In this document: piece by piece, positions 31,010-40,488 of the stretch | How the letters are laid out: the number at the start of each line of letters is the position of its first letter | Numbering within the stretch: the first letter of the stretch is position 1 | Assembly: GCA_958446835.1 (NCBI GenBank) | Contig: CAUCXT010000004.1 | Location: 11,770-75,769, forward strand | Direction of reading: 5' to 3' | DNA from: an uncultured Eubacterium sp. | Lineage (GTDB): Bacteria > Bacillota > Clostridia > Lachnospirales > Lachnospiraceae | DNA: 64,000 nt | Notes under the pieces: model-generated | What the model was told of the DNA's origin: nothing | Database searches by the model: none | What the model saw: only the letters and a program-made list of their open reading frames with translations | Translations under genes and position numbers: made by a program

Positions 31010-32079
31010 ATCTTCCTCCCCTTAATCAGCTTTGCAAACGGAACCTCAACCGCATGATGTAATAGCGCTGTCATAAGTGCGGTCACAGATAATACAATTA
31101 AAAGGAATGGGAAGTATCCAAGGTAGTGTACATGTTCACTGAAATACTCAGTCAGCTCTATAACCGGCATGTGCACCAGATATACGGTGAAGCTGTACCT
31201 TGCAAGAAACGAGAACACCCTTCCCACCCACTGTGTCTTATCACTGTATGAAAAATCTTTCATGGAGAGCATGAAAGCCACCGTAAGAAGCGACCATATA
31301 ATTCGGTTAAACGTATCCTCCCTCATTGCAAGGAAACAGGCAAGTGCGACGATAACCAGTCTCATATAATTCTTCTCTTTCCCATCCTTTATGGCATACC
31401 ATGCAACTGTTCCAAATACAAAGGATATCAAGTTAAACACTGCACAATCCCCGGCAGTTTCCGCCGCCCAAGGCACATTATTCCTATTAAGAAAATATGA
31501 ATATACCGCCTTATACCCGTATGCAAACACCACAACAGCAGCCAGAAAAACAAGAGAAGCCCTATAGTTCTTCACATACTTTCTTATAACAGGCGCCAGA
31601 ATATAATACAACATAAAGCAGCTCATCGTCCAAAGACCCCAGAGGTCATTCCAGTAGTAATACTGTGATGATGGGACGATTCCGTTTAAAAACAGGAAAT
31701 ATCTGATCCAGCCGATTCCAAGCATTGAGTCGGCAGGCATCTGCCCAAGAATAGCATCCCAGACAATTATGGCAAAAATAATAATCACATAGTATGCCGG
31801 GATTATTCTTGAAACACGCTTTATAAAATATTCTTTTATATTCCTGCTGTTCTCAACAGACTGCATTATAAGATAACCGCTCATCGCAAAGAAAACGCAT
31901 ACACCGAAATTAAAATGCCTGAACATGTTAAATACAAACTGAGGCTTAGGAAGATTTCTGAATCCGGCAAAATGAATCATGAAAACCATTGCCGCAGCCA
32001 GAACTCTCAGGATATCGAACACCGGTCTGTTTATTCCGCTTCCTTTTGATGATAGGTTCTGTCTGTCAGCCATTGTCAC
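30997..32079 (-). CDS. Acyltransferase family 3 membrane protein (polysaccharide O-acetyltransferase-like)
   Basis: 360 aa, about 10 TM helices. Acyl_transf_3 pattern (VFDILRVLAAAMVFMIHF...). Overlaps the flanking genes by 13-14 nt. Confidence 0.7.
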   Translation of the reverse strand: MTMADRQNLSSKGSGINRPVFDILRVLAAAMVFMIHFAGFRNLPKPQFVFNMFRHFNFGVCVFFAMSGYLIMQSVENSRNIKEYFIKRVSRIIPAYYVIIIFAIIVWDAILGQMPADSMLGIGWIRYFLFLNGIVPSSQYYYWNDLWGLWTMSCFMLYYILAPVIRKYVKNYRASLVFLAAVVVFAYGYKAVYSYFLNRNNVPWAAETAGDCAVFNLISFVFGTVAWYAIKDGKEKNYMRLVIVALACFLAMREDTFNRIIWSLLTVAFMLSMKDFSYSDKTQWVGRVFSFLARYSFTVYLVHMPVIELTEYFSEHVHYLGYFPFLLIVLSVTALMTALLHHAVEVPFAKLIKGRKICQK

Positions 32080-33043
32080 TGCCTTCCTTTCCTTCTGTTT
32101 TTACTTCCCAATAGCAGGCATTCTCAACCTTATCGGCGCCCGCCGGAATCTCACTCTTATCCGGGTACACCCAGTTTTCGTTATACATAAGATGTGTGTC
32201 CGACTCGTCCCATCTTCTACCCTTTATTCCAAAGAGTATCTGGAGCACTCCACCAAGATGTATCGCCTGTTTTCCCATCTTCTTTATATGTGCTGCAAGC
32301 GGAAATCCATACGCACCACAGCCTATCAGCGCCACATCAAAGTCAATCTTATCGCACTCATCGCACATATACTGTAATGCGTCGAACCATGTGGCAAATC
32401 TCTCATCCGTCGCACTTCCGCTTGTCTGTACAGCCTTCAACGTCTTTAGCTCAAAGTCAGGAAGAAGCTGTGGATTCTTAAAAAGTGCCTTTCTTTTTTC
32501 ATACTGCCTTTTAATTGAATCTTCGAATGGATGTATCACAAGAACCTTTTTTCCTCTGAGTGCTTCACTCCACGGCTCATCCATCATGTTCCACGGCTCA
32601 AGTCCCATAAGAACACCCACGTTCTTTATATCACCGCAATACCTTTTCACATAATACTCTTCGTAATTGACCAGCCAGCACCCTAAGATATCCACCTGTG
32701 AACAGGAATCCTTCATAATATCGTTGAATCTGTACAACAGCTTCTCATCCTTCGGGAAGAAGCCGGCACTCTTGTCGAGGAAATCTATCGCCCGCTTCAT
32801 CTTTTCCTCATCGCCAAATTCCGCGCTCTGCATTGCGAACACCTCAAAGCCGCCAAATCTCCCCGCCATAAAAGGTTTTCCGCTCATTATCTCCGATTTT
32901 ATAATAGTATTCATCTCGGAAGGCTCAACGATTTTTACACCGGCATACCTTTTTATGAACTTATGTTTAAATATATCAAAGTGCAGCTTATTGTACAGGA
33001 CACCCTTCGCACCATAATACAGCCTGTCAAGCTGATTCGCCAT
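32066..33043 (-). CDS. Soluble protein inside the glycan operon, possibly a DUF1792/GT-D-type glycosyltransferase
   Basis: 325 aa, no TM helix. Motifs AGRFGGFEVFAMQ and IGCGAYGFPLAAHIKKMGKQAIHLGGVLQILFGIKGRRW recalled as similar to DUF1792. The family assignment is from memory and is not certain. Confidence 0.4.
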   Translation of the reverse strand: MANQLDRLYYGAKGVLYNKLHFDIFKHKFIKRYAGVKIVEPSEMNTIIKSEIMSGKPFMAGRFGGFEVFAMQSAEFGDEEKMKRAIDFLDKSAGFFPKDEKLLYRFNDIMKDSCSQVDILGCWLVNYEEYYVKRYCGDIKNVGVLMGLEPWNMMDEPWSEALRGKKVLVIHPFEDSIKRQYEKRKALFKNPQLLPDFELKTLKAVQTSGSATDERFATWFDALQYMCDECDKIDFDVALIGCGAYGFPLAAHIKKMGKQAIHLGGVLQILFGIKGRRWDESDTHLMYNENWVYPDKSEIPAGADKVENACYWEVKTEGKEGSDNG

Positions 33044-33047
33044 ACTC

Positions 33048-34013
33048 TCACCCTCTGTTCTTAATTATTCTTTTAAGCTTAAAAAGCCATAAAAAATAGA
33101 CCGCTATAATATATTTATACTTTCCGGTGACATAGTCATTCTTCATTATGCACTTAAGCTGTGCCTTTAGCTGTGCCTTCAGCTCCGACATTATACGCTT
33201 ATAATCATCATATCTGTAATACTCACACTGGAGATACCCTGCCAGCAAAGAATCATAATAATTTGCCATGATTCTCTGTGCCTCATTCTCAAGCCCGATT
33301 GATAAATATATATCCGCCATCTCCCTCCACATTGGGATAAGGCTCAGTTTCTTTACCGAACGCGCCTGTGCCATGGCACTGTCCGGGTTGTCCTTCCTGT
33401 AAAAATACAGTTTTTCATCGATTACAACGGCACTATCCGACTTCGAAAAATAATCTGCATTTACAAGCAGATCCTCACCATAGAAGATGTTCTTTCTCAC
33501 CTTGTAGCTCTGTCTCATGCGTTCCGTGTCAAAAAGCTTTGCCCACAGTGCCCAGCCAAATGAAGCCTCCCTGTTGTCAAGCAGTGCCTTCATTATATCC
33601 GTTCCGTGATAGCGGCTTATAGCCGGGATATTCTTCCCCGATTCATCCTGGGCAATAACGGCGTCTGCTTTCTCATTATCCATAATCTTCACAAGACGTT
33701 CAACGGCCTCAGGTTCTAACCTGTCATCGCTGTCTAAAAACATCACCCTGCTTCCGCAGGCTCTCTCAAGCCCGGCCGCACGCGCCGCCGACACTCCCTC
33801 ATTCTTCTTTCTTATAAGAGTGCTCTTACTGTTTCTGTATTCATCGCAGAATCTGACCGTACCGGCATCCGTGCTGCCATCATCGACTATAATAAGTTCT
33901 ATATCGTCGTATGTCTGTGCCTCAACTGAGGCTGTACACTCTCTGAGATATTCAACCGAGGTGTTATACACCGGAACAATTATACTGACCCTGCTATCAA
34001 TTAAATGACTCAT
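33048..34013 (-). CDS. Glycosyltransferase family 2
   Basis: VSIIVPVYNTSVEYLRECTASVEAQTYDDIELIIVDDGSTD (classic GT2 N-terminus). DSDD DxD motif. 321 aa. Confidence 0.8.
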   Translation of the reverse strand: MSHLIDSRVSIIVPVYNTSVEYLRECTASVEAQTYDDIELIIVDDGSTDAGTVRFCDEYRNSKSTLIRKKNEGVSAARAAGLERACGSRVMFLDSDDRLEPEAVERLVKIMDNEKADAVIAQDESGKNIPAISRYHGTDIMKALLDNREASFGWALWAKLFDTERMRQSYKVRKNIFYGEDLLVNADYFSKSDSAVVIDEKLYFYRKDNPDSAMAQARSVKKLSLIPMWREMADIYLSIGLENEAQRIMANYYDSLLAGYLQCEYYRYDDYKRIMSELKAQLKAQLKCIMKNDYVTGKYKYIIAVYFLWLFKLKRIIKNRG

Positions 34014-35739
34014 TGCTCTTAGTCACCCTGCCTTCTTTGACCTCATATACTATATCACAATTCTTGATGGTTGAAAGTCTGTGAGCGATTATAATGAGCG
34101 TCATCTTTCCGTGTAGACTGTCTATGGCCTCCATGACGGCTCTTTCCGTCTCAGTGTCAAGCGCCGATGTAGCCTCATCAAGGACAAGTATCTCCGGCTC
34201 CCTGTAGAGCGCACGCGCGATACCGATACGCTGTCTCTGTCCTCCCGAAAGTCTTACACCCATCTCACCTATCACTGTGTCAAGACCATCATCCATATCT
34301 TTGACAACATTCTCAAGCTGTGCCTCCCTTATAACACGCCATACCTTCTCGTCATCAATCTCGCTCTCCGGAACACCGAATGCTATATTCCTTCTTAGAG
34401 ATTCATCCATAAGGTAAATATTCTGTGGTATATATCCGACCTTCTTATGCCATGCATCCATGCAGTCCGCTATATTGCTTCCGTCCACCTTGACACAGCC
34501 CTTCTGAGGCTTTAACACTCCAAGCATAATGTCAACCATTGTTGTCTTTCCGGCACCGGATGGTCCAATGAATGCCACGGATGTATTCTTTTCAATCTTA
34601 AATGAGGCATCGTTGATGACATTCTCAACGCCCTCCTCATAAGAAAACGAAAGGTCTTCAACAGATATTTCCTTATCAAATGTAATATCAGAGACTGTAT
34701 TCTCCTCAGATTTACGCTTAGATATGGCAATCATTCTCTGTCTCTCGGTATACACCGACTCAACAAATGCCCTGCTGTATAAAAGTGTACTTATATATGC
34801 ACTTATCTTATTAACCGAAGGTAAAAGTCTCATAGCACCCATCGCGAACACTCCAAGTGTTGTCGCAAATGCAATGCTTATGTCCCCAAGGCTCGCCTTA
34901 ATTATAACTATAATCATGAGGGAACCTATGCACGCCGCCTCCATGACAGGCTTCGGAATAGAATTGAGCAGCGCATTATCCTTCTGATTTTTTGCAAGGT
35001 CATAATTGATGGAATCAAATTCTTCTCCGAAGAACTTCTCTCTGTTGGCAATCTTTATCTCCTTGATTCCTCCGAATGACTGCTGCATGCATTTTACAAT
35101 GCCTGCATAGAGTCTTCTGTATTCCTCTCCCATATGTTTGAGCCTGTTTTTGTAAAAGCGCATGAAGAAAAATGTGAATGAACCGACAATCAGACCTATA
35201 CCGAGTGTGAGAAGCCCATCCTTCACAAAAAGATAAATTCCGATAGCAGTAATCGTGCAAAGCTCTGATACAAGCTGAATCACATTGAGAACCGCAACAT
35301 AGAACATGTTGGTATCGTTATAAACATTTCTTATTAAATCAGCGCTGTTGTTCTTTACATGGAAGAAATAGTCCTGCTCAAGGTAACTGTTCATAACCTT
35401 ACATGACAGCTCCTTATGTCCGAAATAGATGAACTTGTACGTCATGTTATTCTGCATGATTATGTAGACGGTCTTTAACACATAGGCCGCAACTATAAAC
35501 GCCGAACAGAAAATAACGACATTCCTATACCCGGATATGCCGAAGGTATTGCACATGAATGCTATAAACGCATTGTCCATATAGCTGTCCGGAAGCATAA
35601 TTGCCTCTATAAAGTTATTAAACGCATACAGAGCAACCAGCTCCATTCCGGCACCGCCTAAGATTACCAAAGACATGCCAAACAGCTTAAGCCTCTGTCC
35701 TGCATTGAACATGGAAAACATCTTTTTTAAAGCGCTCAT
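33997..35739 (-). CDS. ABC transporter, fused permease/ATPase (MsbA/PglK-like type I exporter). Candidate lipid-linked glycan flippase.
   Basis: 580 aa. 6-TM domain then NBD with Walker A GPSGAGKTT, signature LSGGQRQRIGIARAL and Walker B ILVLDEATSALD. Confidence 0.85.
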   Translation of the reverse strand: MSALKKMFSMFNAGQRLKLFGMSLVILGGAGMELVALYAFNNFIEAIMLPDSYMDNAFIAFMCNTFGISGYRNVVIFCSAFIVAAYVLKTVYIIMQNNMTYKFIYFGHKELSCKVMNSYLEQDYFFHVKNNSADLIRNVYNDTNMFYVAVLNVIQLVSELCTITAIGIYLFVKDGLLTLGIGLIVGSFTFFFMRFYKNRLKHMGEEYRRLYAGIVKCMQQSFGGIKEIKIANREKFFGEEFDSINYDLAKNQKDNALLNSIPKPVMEAACIGSLMIIVIIKASLGDISIAFATTLGVFAMGAMRLLPSVNKISAYISTLLYSRAFVESVYTERQRMIAISKRKSEENTVSDITFDKEISVEDLSFSYEEGVENVINDASFKIEKNTSVAFIGPSGAGKTTMVDIMLGVLKPQKGCVKVDGSNIADCMDAWHKKVGYIPQNIYLMDESLRRNIAFGVPESEIDDEKVWRVIREAQLENVVKDMDDGLDTVIGEMGVRLSGGQRQRIGIARALYREPEILVLDEATSALDTETERAVMEAIDSLHGKMTLIIIAHRLSTIKNCDIVYEVKEGRVTKSNESFN

Positions 35740-36575
35740 CTTAAATCCTCATTTCCTTTTAATTCAACAACCTTCCACTCCGGCAGGTAAATCTTCTTAG
35801 CATCTGGCGAAAACGGCGCATATACATCTCCGCCGCGCTCATCTAACAGTGCCGACCACCTTGAGAATGTGCTGTCGGACAAAATATGTCTCCTGCACGC
35901 CCTCATTACAAACATTTCCTCTATGTCCGAAAACTCTCCAAGCTCCCAAATGAACTCTGCCTCTATGCCAAGCTTCTTAACATATTCTTCTGCAAGCTCA
36001 TGGACATTGGAAAACACAACAATTCTCGGCTTTTCGTTCTTCTGTCTCAAATCCTCAAGCACATTGGCATAATAGCTGATTGGCAATGGTGGAATATCCC
36101 CTCCTCTTATATGGAGTGAGCATGAATTTCCATTCTCAAGCTCCTGTATAAGCTGCTGTGCCTTCTTTGAAAAAGGCTTCTTCGGCGTGAACTGTCTTAA
36201 TATATCCTCCCTGCAGGTATTAAAGTAATAGATATTCTGAAAATATCCTTTAAGATATTTATTCCTTATAAATTTCTTTCTGTATACATTCATGTCAAGC
36301 GGATTGCTCTCGCCACTTTTTTCGAATATCACATTATATTTTAAATCTCTTCTAAGTCTTTTATAAACTTTGTGAAAAAAACTCTTATTGCTAAAGCTCT
36401 CCCTCTTTGTGTAATCTATGTTGAACTCATCAAGACCGTAAGTTCTGAAGGTGGAGTTATCGACCTCTGTTGTATCTAAAAGCAGAGTATCGCCATCATG
36501 CTTTGCAACAGAATATCCACACACATAATTGTACATCTGATTTCCCAGTCCATCACCTATCTTAACAACTACCAT
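35736..36575 (-). CDS. Alpha-1,2-fucosyltransferase (GT11 family)
   Basis: GT11 motifs GDGLGNQMYNY (consensus GGLGNQMFQY) and HIRGGDI (consensus HVRRGDY). 279 aa. Confidence 0.7.
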   Translation of the reverse strand: MVVVKIGDGLGNQMYNYVCGYSVAKHDGDTLLLDTTEVDNSTFRTYGLDEFNIDYTKRESFSNKSFFHKVYKRLRRDLKYNVIFEKSGESNPLDMNVYRKKFIRNKYLKGYFQNIYYFNTCREDILRQFTPKKPFSKKAQQLIQELENGNSCSLHIRGGDIPPLPISYYANVLEDLRQKNEKPRIVVFSNVHELAEEYVKKLGIEAEFIWELGEFSDIEEMFVMRACRRHILSDSTFSRWSALLDERGGDVYAPFSPDAKKIYLPEWKVVELKGNEDLR

Positions 36576-36589
36576 ACTGCTCCTCGTTT

Positions 36590-37699
36590 CTATCTCCTAC
36601 TTAATGCGTCCTCTATCGCTTCAAGATATCCTACTGCAACATTCTCAAATCTGAACTTTTCCGTAGCCTCATAGCCTGCCGTGCCAAGTCTTTTTCTTGT
36701 CGGTTCGTCCGTAAATGTCATGTCTATCGCCCGCGCAAACTGTGCGGTATCATAAGGGTTGACTATATATCCATTTACATCCTCTGTCACAGTCTCAGCA
36801 GCACCATCGGAATACTGCGATACGATAATCGGCAGACCTGCACACATCGCCTCTATAAGCACAAGCCCGAAGCAGTCCTCCCTTGTAGGAAGAACGAACG
36901 CTCCCGCGGTTTTATAGCATTCTCTCAGTGCTTCCCCCGCAAGGAATCCCCTGAACTCTACCCTGTCCGATATGCCAAGCTGCCCTGCCAGGTTCACCAG
37001 ATTATCCTTCTCCTTGCCGTCCCCGACAATCACAAGCTTCACGGCTTTATTATCCGCTGCCGCAAACGCCTTAAAGAGAAGGTCTACTCCCTTGCGCTCA
37101 ATAAGGCTTCCAACATACAGAAGGTTGTCCGGATAGCCCGCCCTTCCAGCTATATAATATTTATCTAGGTCTACCGTAAGCATGCTTATATGACAATGTT
37201 TTTCATCAGCACCGTATCGGAGCTGATTTTCCATCGCCGCATGGCTGCTCCCTATAAAGGCATCCGCCCTTTTGAATATATATTTTCTTGAAAGCTTTTG
37301 CAGCTTTCCGATATTCTTCTCCGAATTGATGGTTCCGTCCGTCCAGCTCACATACGGCACCTTGTTCTTTCTGCACCAATGCATCGCCTGAAGTATTGCC
37401 GGGCTGTATTCCATCGCAACAACCACATCCGGCTCAAGCTTTGAAAGAAGCTTTCCGACCCCCACCGGGAACGAAATAAAATGGTCATCGAACCTTTTTT
37501 TAATCCTTATAGTCTTTGACGGAACATAGTATGAATTTAAAATTCTGTCCTCATCCGCCTTCCACTGCCGTGCCATGCTGTCATTGCAGTAATATATTAT
37601 CGAAAAATCATATTTTTCGTAATGTGTCTGCAAATGATAAAAGAAATCCACTCTGTACGGCGATGGAACATTAGTTATTATTGCAACCCGCGTTTTCAA
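36590..37699 (-). CDS. Glycosyltransferase family 4
   Basis: GT-B fold. C-terminal EDCFGLVLIEAMCAGLPIIVSQ. 369 aa. Confidence 0.75.
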   Translation of the reverse strand: MKTRVAIITNVPSPYRVDFFYHLQTHYEKYDFSIIYYCNDSMARQWKADEDRILNSYYVPSKTIRIKKRFDDHFISFPVGVGKLLSKLEPDVVVAMEYSPAILQAMHWCRKNKVPYVSWTDGTINSEKNIGKLQKLSRKYIFKRADAFIGSSHAAMENQLRYGADEKHCHISMLTVDLDKYYIAGRAGYPDNLLYVGSLIERKGVDLLFKAFAAADNKAVKLVIVGDGKEKDNLVNLAGQLGISDRVEFRGFLAGEALRECYKTAGAFVLPTREDCFGLVLIEAMCAGLPIIVSQYSDGAAETVTEDVNGYIVNPYDTAQFARAIDMTFTDEPTRKRLGTAGYEATEKFRFENVAVGYLEAIEDALSRR

Positions 37700-38870
37700 C
37701 TCTATTCTCCTTTACTGACCTTTTTCTCTCCTCGAGCATGCTGTACACAGCATACGCCGCAAGGAGCAGGAAAGGATTGACTATAGAGCTTATCAGGAAG
37801 TCCTCCATAAGCCCATATATGCACAGTGTATTTATGATAATTACAACATTATAATCTTTTTTCTTATGAAAGTACCACGAGGCGGCGACAAGAAACACTA
37901 TAAATATCATCACCGAGACAAAACCGTACTTATAAAACGAACACCAGTAGTTGCTGTCAAGGAAGCCATTGTTAATCTGAACTCCGTCCCATCTTGCAGC
38001 CCCTCTGCTTATATCCTTTCCAAGAAGAGAAAAACCATAGTTCAGCCAGTACTGGTGCTGTATCTTAAGTCTTCCAGATACAAGCTGGTCAAGTGTGAAC
38101 ATGAACTTATTATTCACATCAAAGACCGCCGATACAATGAATGTCCCTACAAAGCACCACAGACTGGTCGGAACAACCGCAGCACTTATAATCTGCTTAA
38201 TCTTGTTTCCCACATTTCCAAGCCTGTCAAATATCTTGAGGAATAAAAATACTACGAGCAAAAATACCCCCAGCATCATTCCCGTCATGCTCTTCGTCAC
38301 ACAGTACACCGCATAGAAGGCATACGCCGAAAGCAGGAAATACAGCACATTCAGCTTCTTATAATTAAGATAGAATATGAGTGCGACATTCACAAAAACA
38401 TTAACCATAAAATCATTAGGATTCTGAAAGCCGAACGAATATGTCAGACCATCATCGTACTGATCCTTGACAAAATTTCCCACGATTCCCGCCGTACTTG
38501 CGCTTATGAGCACAGTCATACATATAAGTCTCACAAAGAGCACCTTTTTCATAAGGTCATACACATCGATGTTCTTGGCACCAAGCAGTGTCACAACCGT
38601 TATAGTGAACGTGATATATCCTGTCTTTAAGTATATGAACACAGCATAAAGAGCAATAGCAGCCATCGCTATAATCTCTTTAAGTGTATACTTTGTCAAA
38701 ACAAGTTTAATTCCAAGGCACAGCATGGAAAAAACCATAATTATCCTGTATTCCGTATTACCCGAATAGAAACCGAGCGACTTGGCAAATACGAGGCTTA
38801 GAAAAGAAAAATAATAAAAGACATCGCTGTTGCGGTATGCCCATCCTATTAACCTCTTAACATTATTCAT
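37671..38870 (-). CDS. Polytopic membrane protein, putative polysaccharide polymerase (Wzy/EpsG-like)
   Basis: 399 aa, about 11 TM helices, no soluble domain. Located between GT4 and GT26 genes. Family assignment by topology and context only. Confidence 0.45.
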   Translation of the reverse strand: MNNVKRLIGWAYRNSDVFYYFSFLSLVFAKSLGFYSGNTEYRIIMVFSMLCLGIKLVLTKYTLKEIIAMAAIALYAVFIYLKTGYITFTITVVTLLGAKNIDVYDLMKKVLFVRLICMTVLISASTAGIVGNFVKDQYDDGLTYSFGFQNPNDFMVNVFVNVALIFYLNYKKLNVLYFLLSAYAFYAVYCVTKSMTGMMLGVFLLVVFLFLKIFDRLGNVGNKIKQIISAAVVPTSLWCFVGTFIVSAVFDVNNKFMFTLDQLVSGRLKIQHQYWLNYGFSLLGKDISRGAARWDGVQINNGFLDSNYWCSFYKYGFVSVMIFIVFLVAASWYFHKKKDYNVVIIINTLCIYGLMEDFLISSIVNPFLLLAAYAVYSMLEERKRSVKENRVENAGCNNN

Positions 38871-38880
38871 GTTGCTTCCC

Positions 38881-39657
38881 TTATCTTCTCTTTTTTATTT
38901 TACGATACTGCTTCCATAACCTGTAGTTTGCAATAAGGAACACCGTATTAGTGGAAAAATAACGCTTGTACAGTCTCTTAGGCTCCTGAACCAGCCTGTA
39001 AAGCCACTCAAGTGACAGCTTCTGCATTATCATAGGCGCTCTTTTTATATTTCCTGCAAAATAATCAAACCCCGCACCGACACCAACCATGACAGCATTT
39101 ATTCGTCCTTCATGCTTCGCCATCCAATTCTCCTGCTTAGGCGCGCCAAGACCAATCCAGACTATATCCGGTTTTGCCGCATTTATCATGTCAACAATCT
39201 CCTCATCCTCCTCAGGCGACAACGTCCTGAACGGCGGCGAATACATTCCGCATATCTGGATATCCGGATGTTCCTTTTCCAATATCCCGCGAAGCTTGTC
39301 CAGTGTTTCAGGCGTGCTGCCATAGAAAAACTGGCGCACTCCCTTTTCCTTGAATATCTCACCCATGAAATCCGGTCCTGTCACACGGCTGGCATTCTTG
39401 TAGCCCCTTAACCTGCACACAATACTTAACGGTCCTCCATCAGGAAATACCATCGCAGCACCGTTCTGGACTCTTCTGTAATTGCGGTTCTCATACGCAG
39501 TCACGGTTGTATGAACATTAGAAACACATATATACTTTCCACGCAGCTCCTCAATATTATCAAGCACACATTTTTTTATTGAATCCATGTTCCCGACTGT
39601 GACATGAACTCCCAATACGCTACAATATTCCGGTTGTTTAAAACTCATGCTATCCAC
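38881..39657 (-). CDS. WecB/TagA/CpsF-family glycosyltransferase (GT26)
   Basis: 258 aa. GT26 core (VLGVHVTVGNMDS...VSNVHTTV...DIVWIGLGAPKQENW...MVGVGAGFDYFAG). Confidence 0.8.
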   Translation of the reverse strand: MDSMSFKQPEYCSVLGVHVTVGNMDSIKKCVLDNIEELRGKYICVSNVHTTVTAYENRNYRRVQNGAAMVFPDGGPLSIVCRLRGYKNASRVTGPDFMGEIFKEKGVRQFFYGSTPETLDKLRGILEKEHPDIQICGMYSPPFRTLSPEEDEEIVDMINAAKPDIVWIGLGAPKQENWMAKHEGRINAVMVGVGAGFDYFAGNIKRAPMIMQKLSLEWLYRLVQEPKRLYKRYFSTNTVFLIANYRLWKQYRKIKKRR

Positions 39658-39725
39658 CTGTATTTTAACAATATTTTTGCAATATTCTATTCATTATACC
39701 ATTTTCCAATTCCAAGAGCAACACT

Positions 39726-40385
39726 TTATTCTCTAAAGGCTTCCCTCATTCTTTCAAGAGCCTTCTTTTCTATTCTGCTCACATAGCTTCTGCTTATTCC
39801 GTATTCTGCCGCAAGCTCCCGCTGTGTCCTTGGTCTGTTTCCGTACAGACCATATCTGTATATAACAATCTGCTTTTCCCTGTCCGTCAGTCTGTCCCTG
39901 AATGCCTCCATCATCTTTACAATGTCGGCATTGTTCTGCAGACGCTCCACGACATCCTCATCCTCGGAGAACGTGACATCCTGAAAGCATATTTTATTGC
40001 CTTCTTTGTCTGTACCTAAAGGTTCATTTAATGAAATTTCTTTAGAACGCTTTTTTTCGCTCCGAAACATCATCAACAATTCATTCTCTATACATTTGGC
40101 GGCATACGTCACCAGTCTGCTCCCCTTTTTCTCATCGAAGCTGTCTATAGCCTTTATCAGTCCGATTGTCCCTATAGAAAGCATATCCTCCGTTTCATAC
40201 TCACTGCACGCATACTTTTTCACCATGTGTGCAACAAGCCTCAGATTTTTTTCGATAAGAATTTCTTTTGCCCTTTTATCTCCTTTATGAAAAAGCTCAA
40301 GATAGCAGCTCTCCTGCGCCGCCGTCAGAGGTTTGTCGAATGCTTTCATCAGCCACCTTCCCCATCGCCCAAGGGTTACTATCAT
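39726..40385 (-). CDS. sigK: RNA polymerase sporulation sigma factor SigK (sigma-70 family). The gene is intact and not interrupted.
   Basis: Region 2-4 matches SigK closely: LIEKNLRLVAHMVKKY, SIGTIGLIKAIDSFDEKKG, LVTYAAKCIENELLM, ISRSYVSRIEKKAL. Alignment with B. subtilis SigK is from memory. Start uncertain: ATG 40385 (MIVTLGRWGRWL, a short pro-sequence-like leader), 40349 (MKAFDKPL, GGAAGGTGG RBS) or the ORF maximum 40433. Confidence 0.7.
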   Translation of the reverse strand: MIVTLGRWGRWLMKAFDKPLTAAQESCYLELFHKGDKRAKEILIEKNLRLVAHMVKKYACSEYETEDMLSIGTIGLIKAIDSFDEKKGSRLVTYAAKCIENELLMMFRSEKKRSKEISLNEPLGTDKEGNKICFQDVTFSEDEDVVERLQNNADIVKMMEAFRDRLTDREKQIVIYRYGLYGNRPRTQRELAAEYGISRSYVSRIEKKALERMREAFRE

Positions 40386-40472
40386 TCTATGCCGCAGACA
40401 AGTGTGCTGTGCATGACCAACCGCAAATTTCATTTAAGTATCGGAAACAATATTCGGGACTTTCCCATTAGG

Positions 40473-40488
40473 GCGCGCCATGGCGCGC
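40473..40488. repeat. 16-bp perfect GC-rich palindrome GCGCGCCATGGCGCGC, between the U32 terminator and sigK
   Basis: Exact self-complementarity read from the sequence. GC-only arms in an AT-rich intergenic context. Confidence 0.6.

Noticed and set aside
39726-40433. A skin-like intervening element splitting sigK
   Set aside because: Regions 2.1 to 4.2 are contiguous in one frame. No recombinase gene and no split point is visible.
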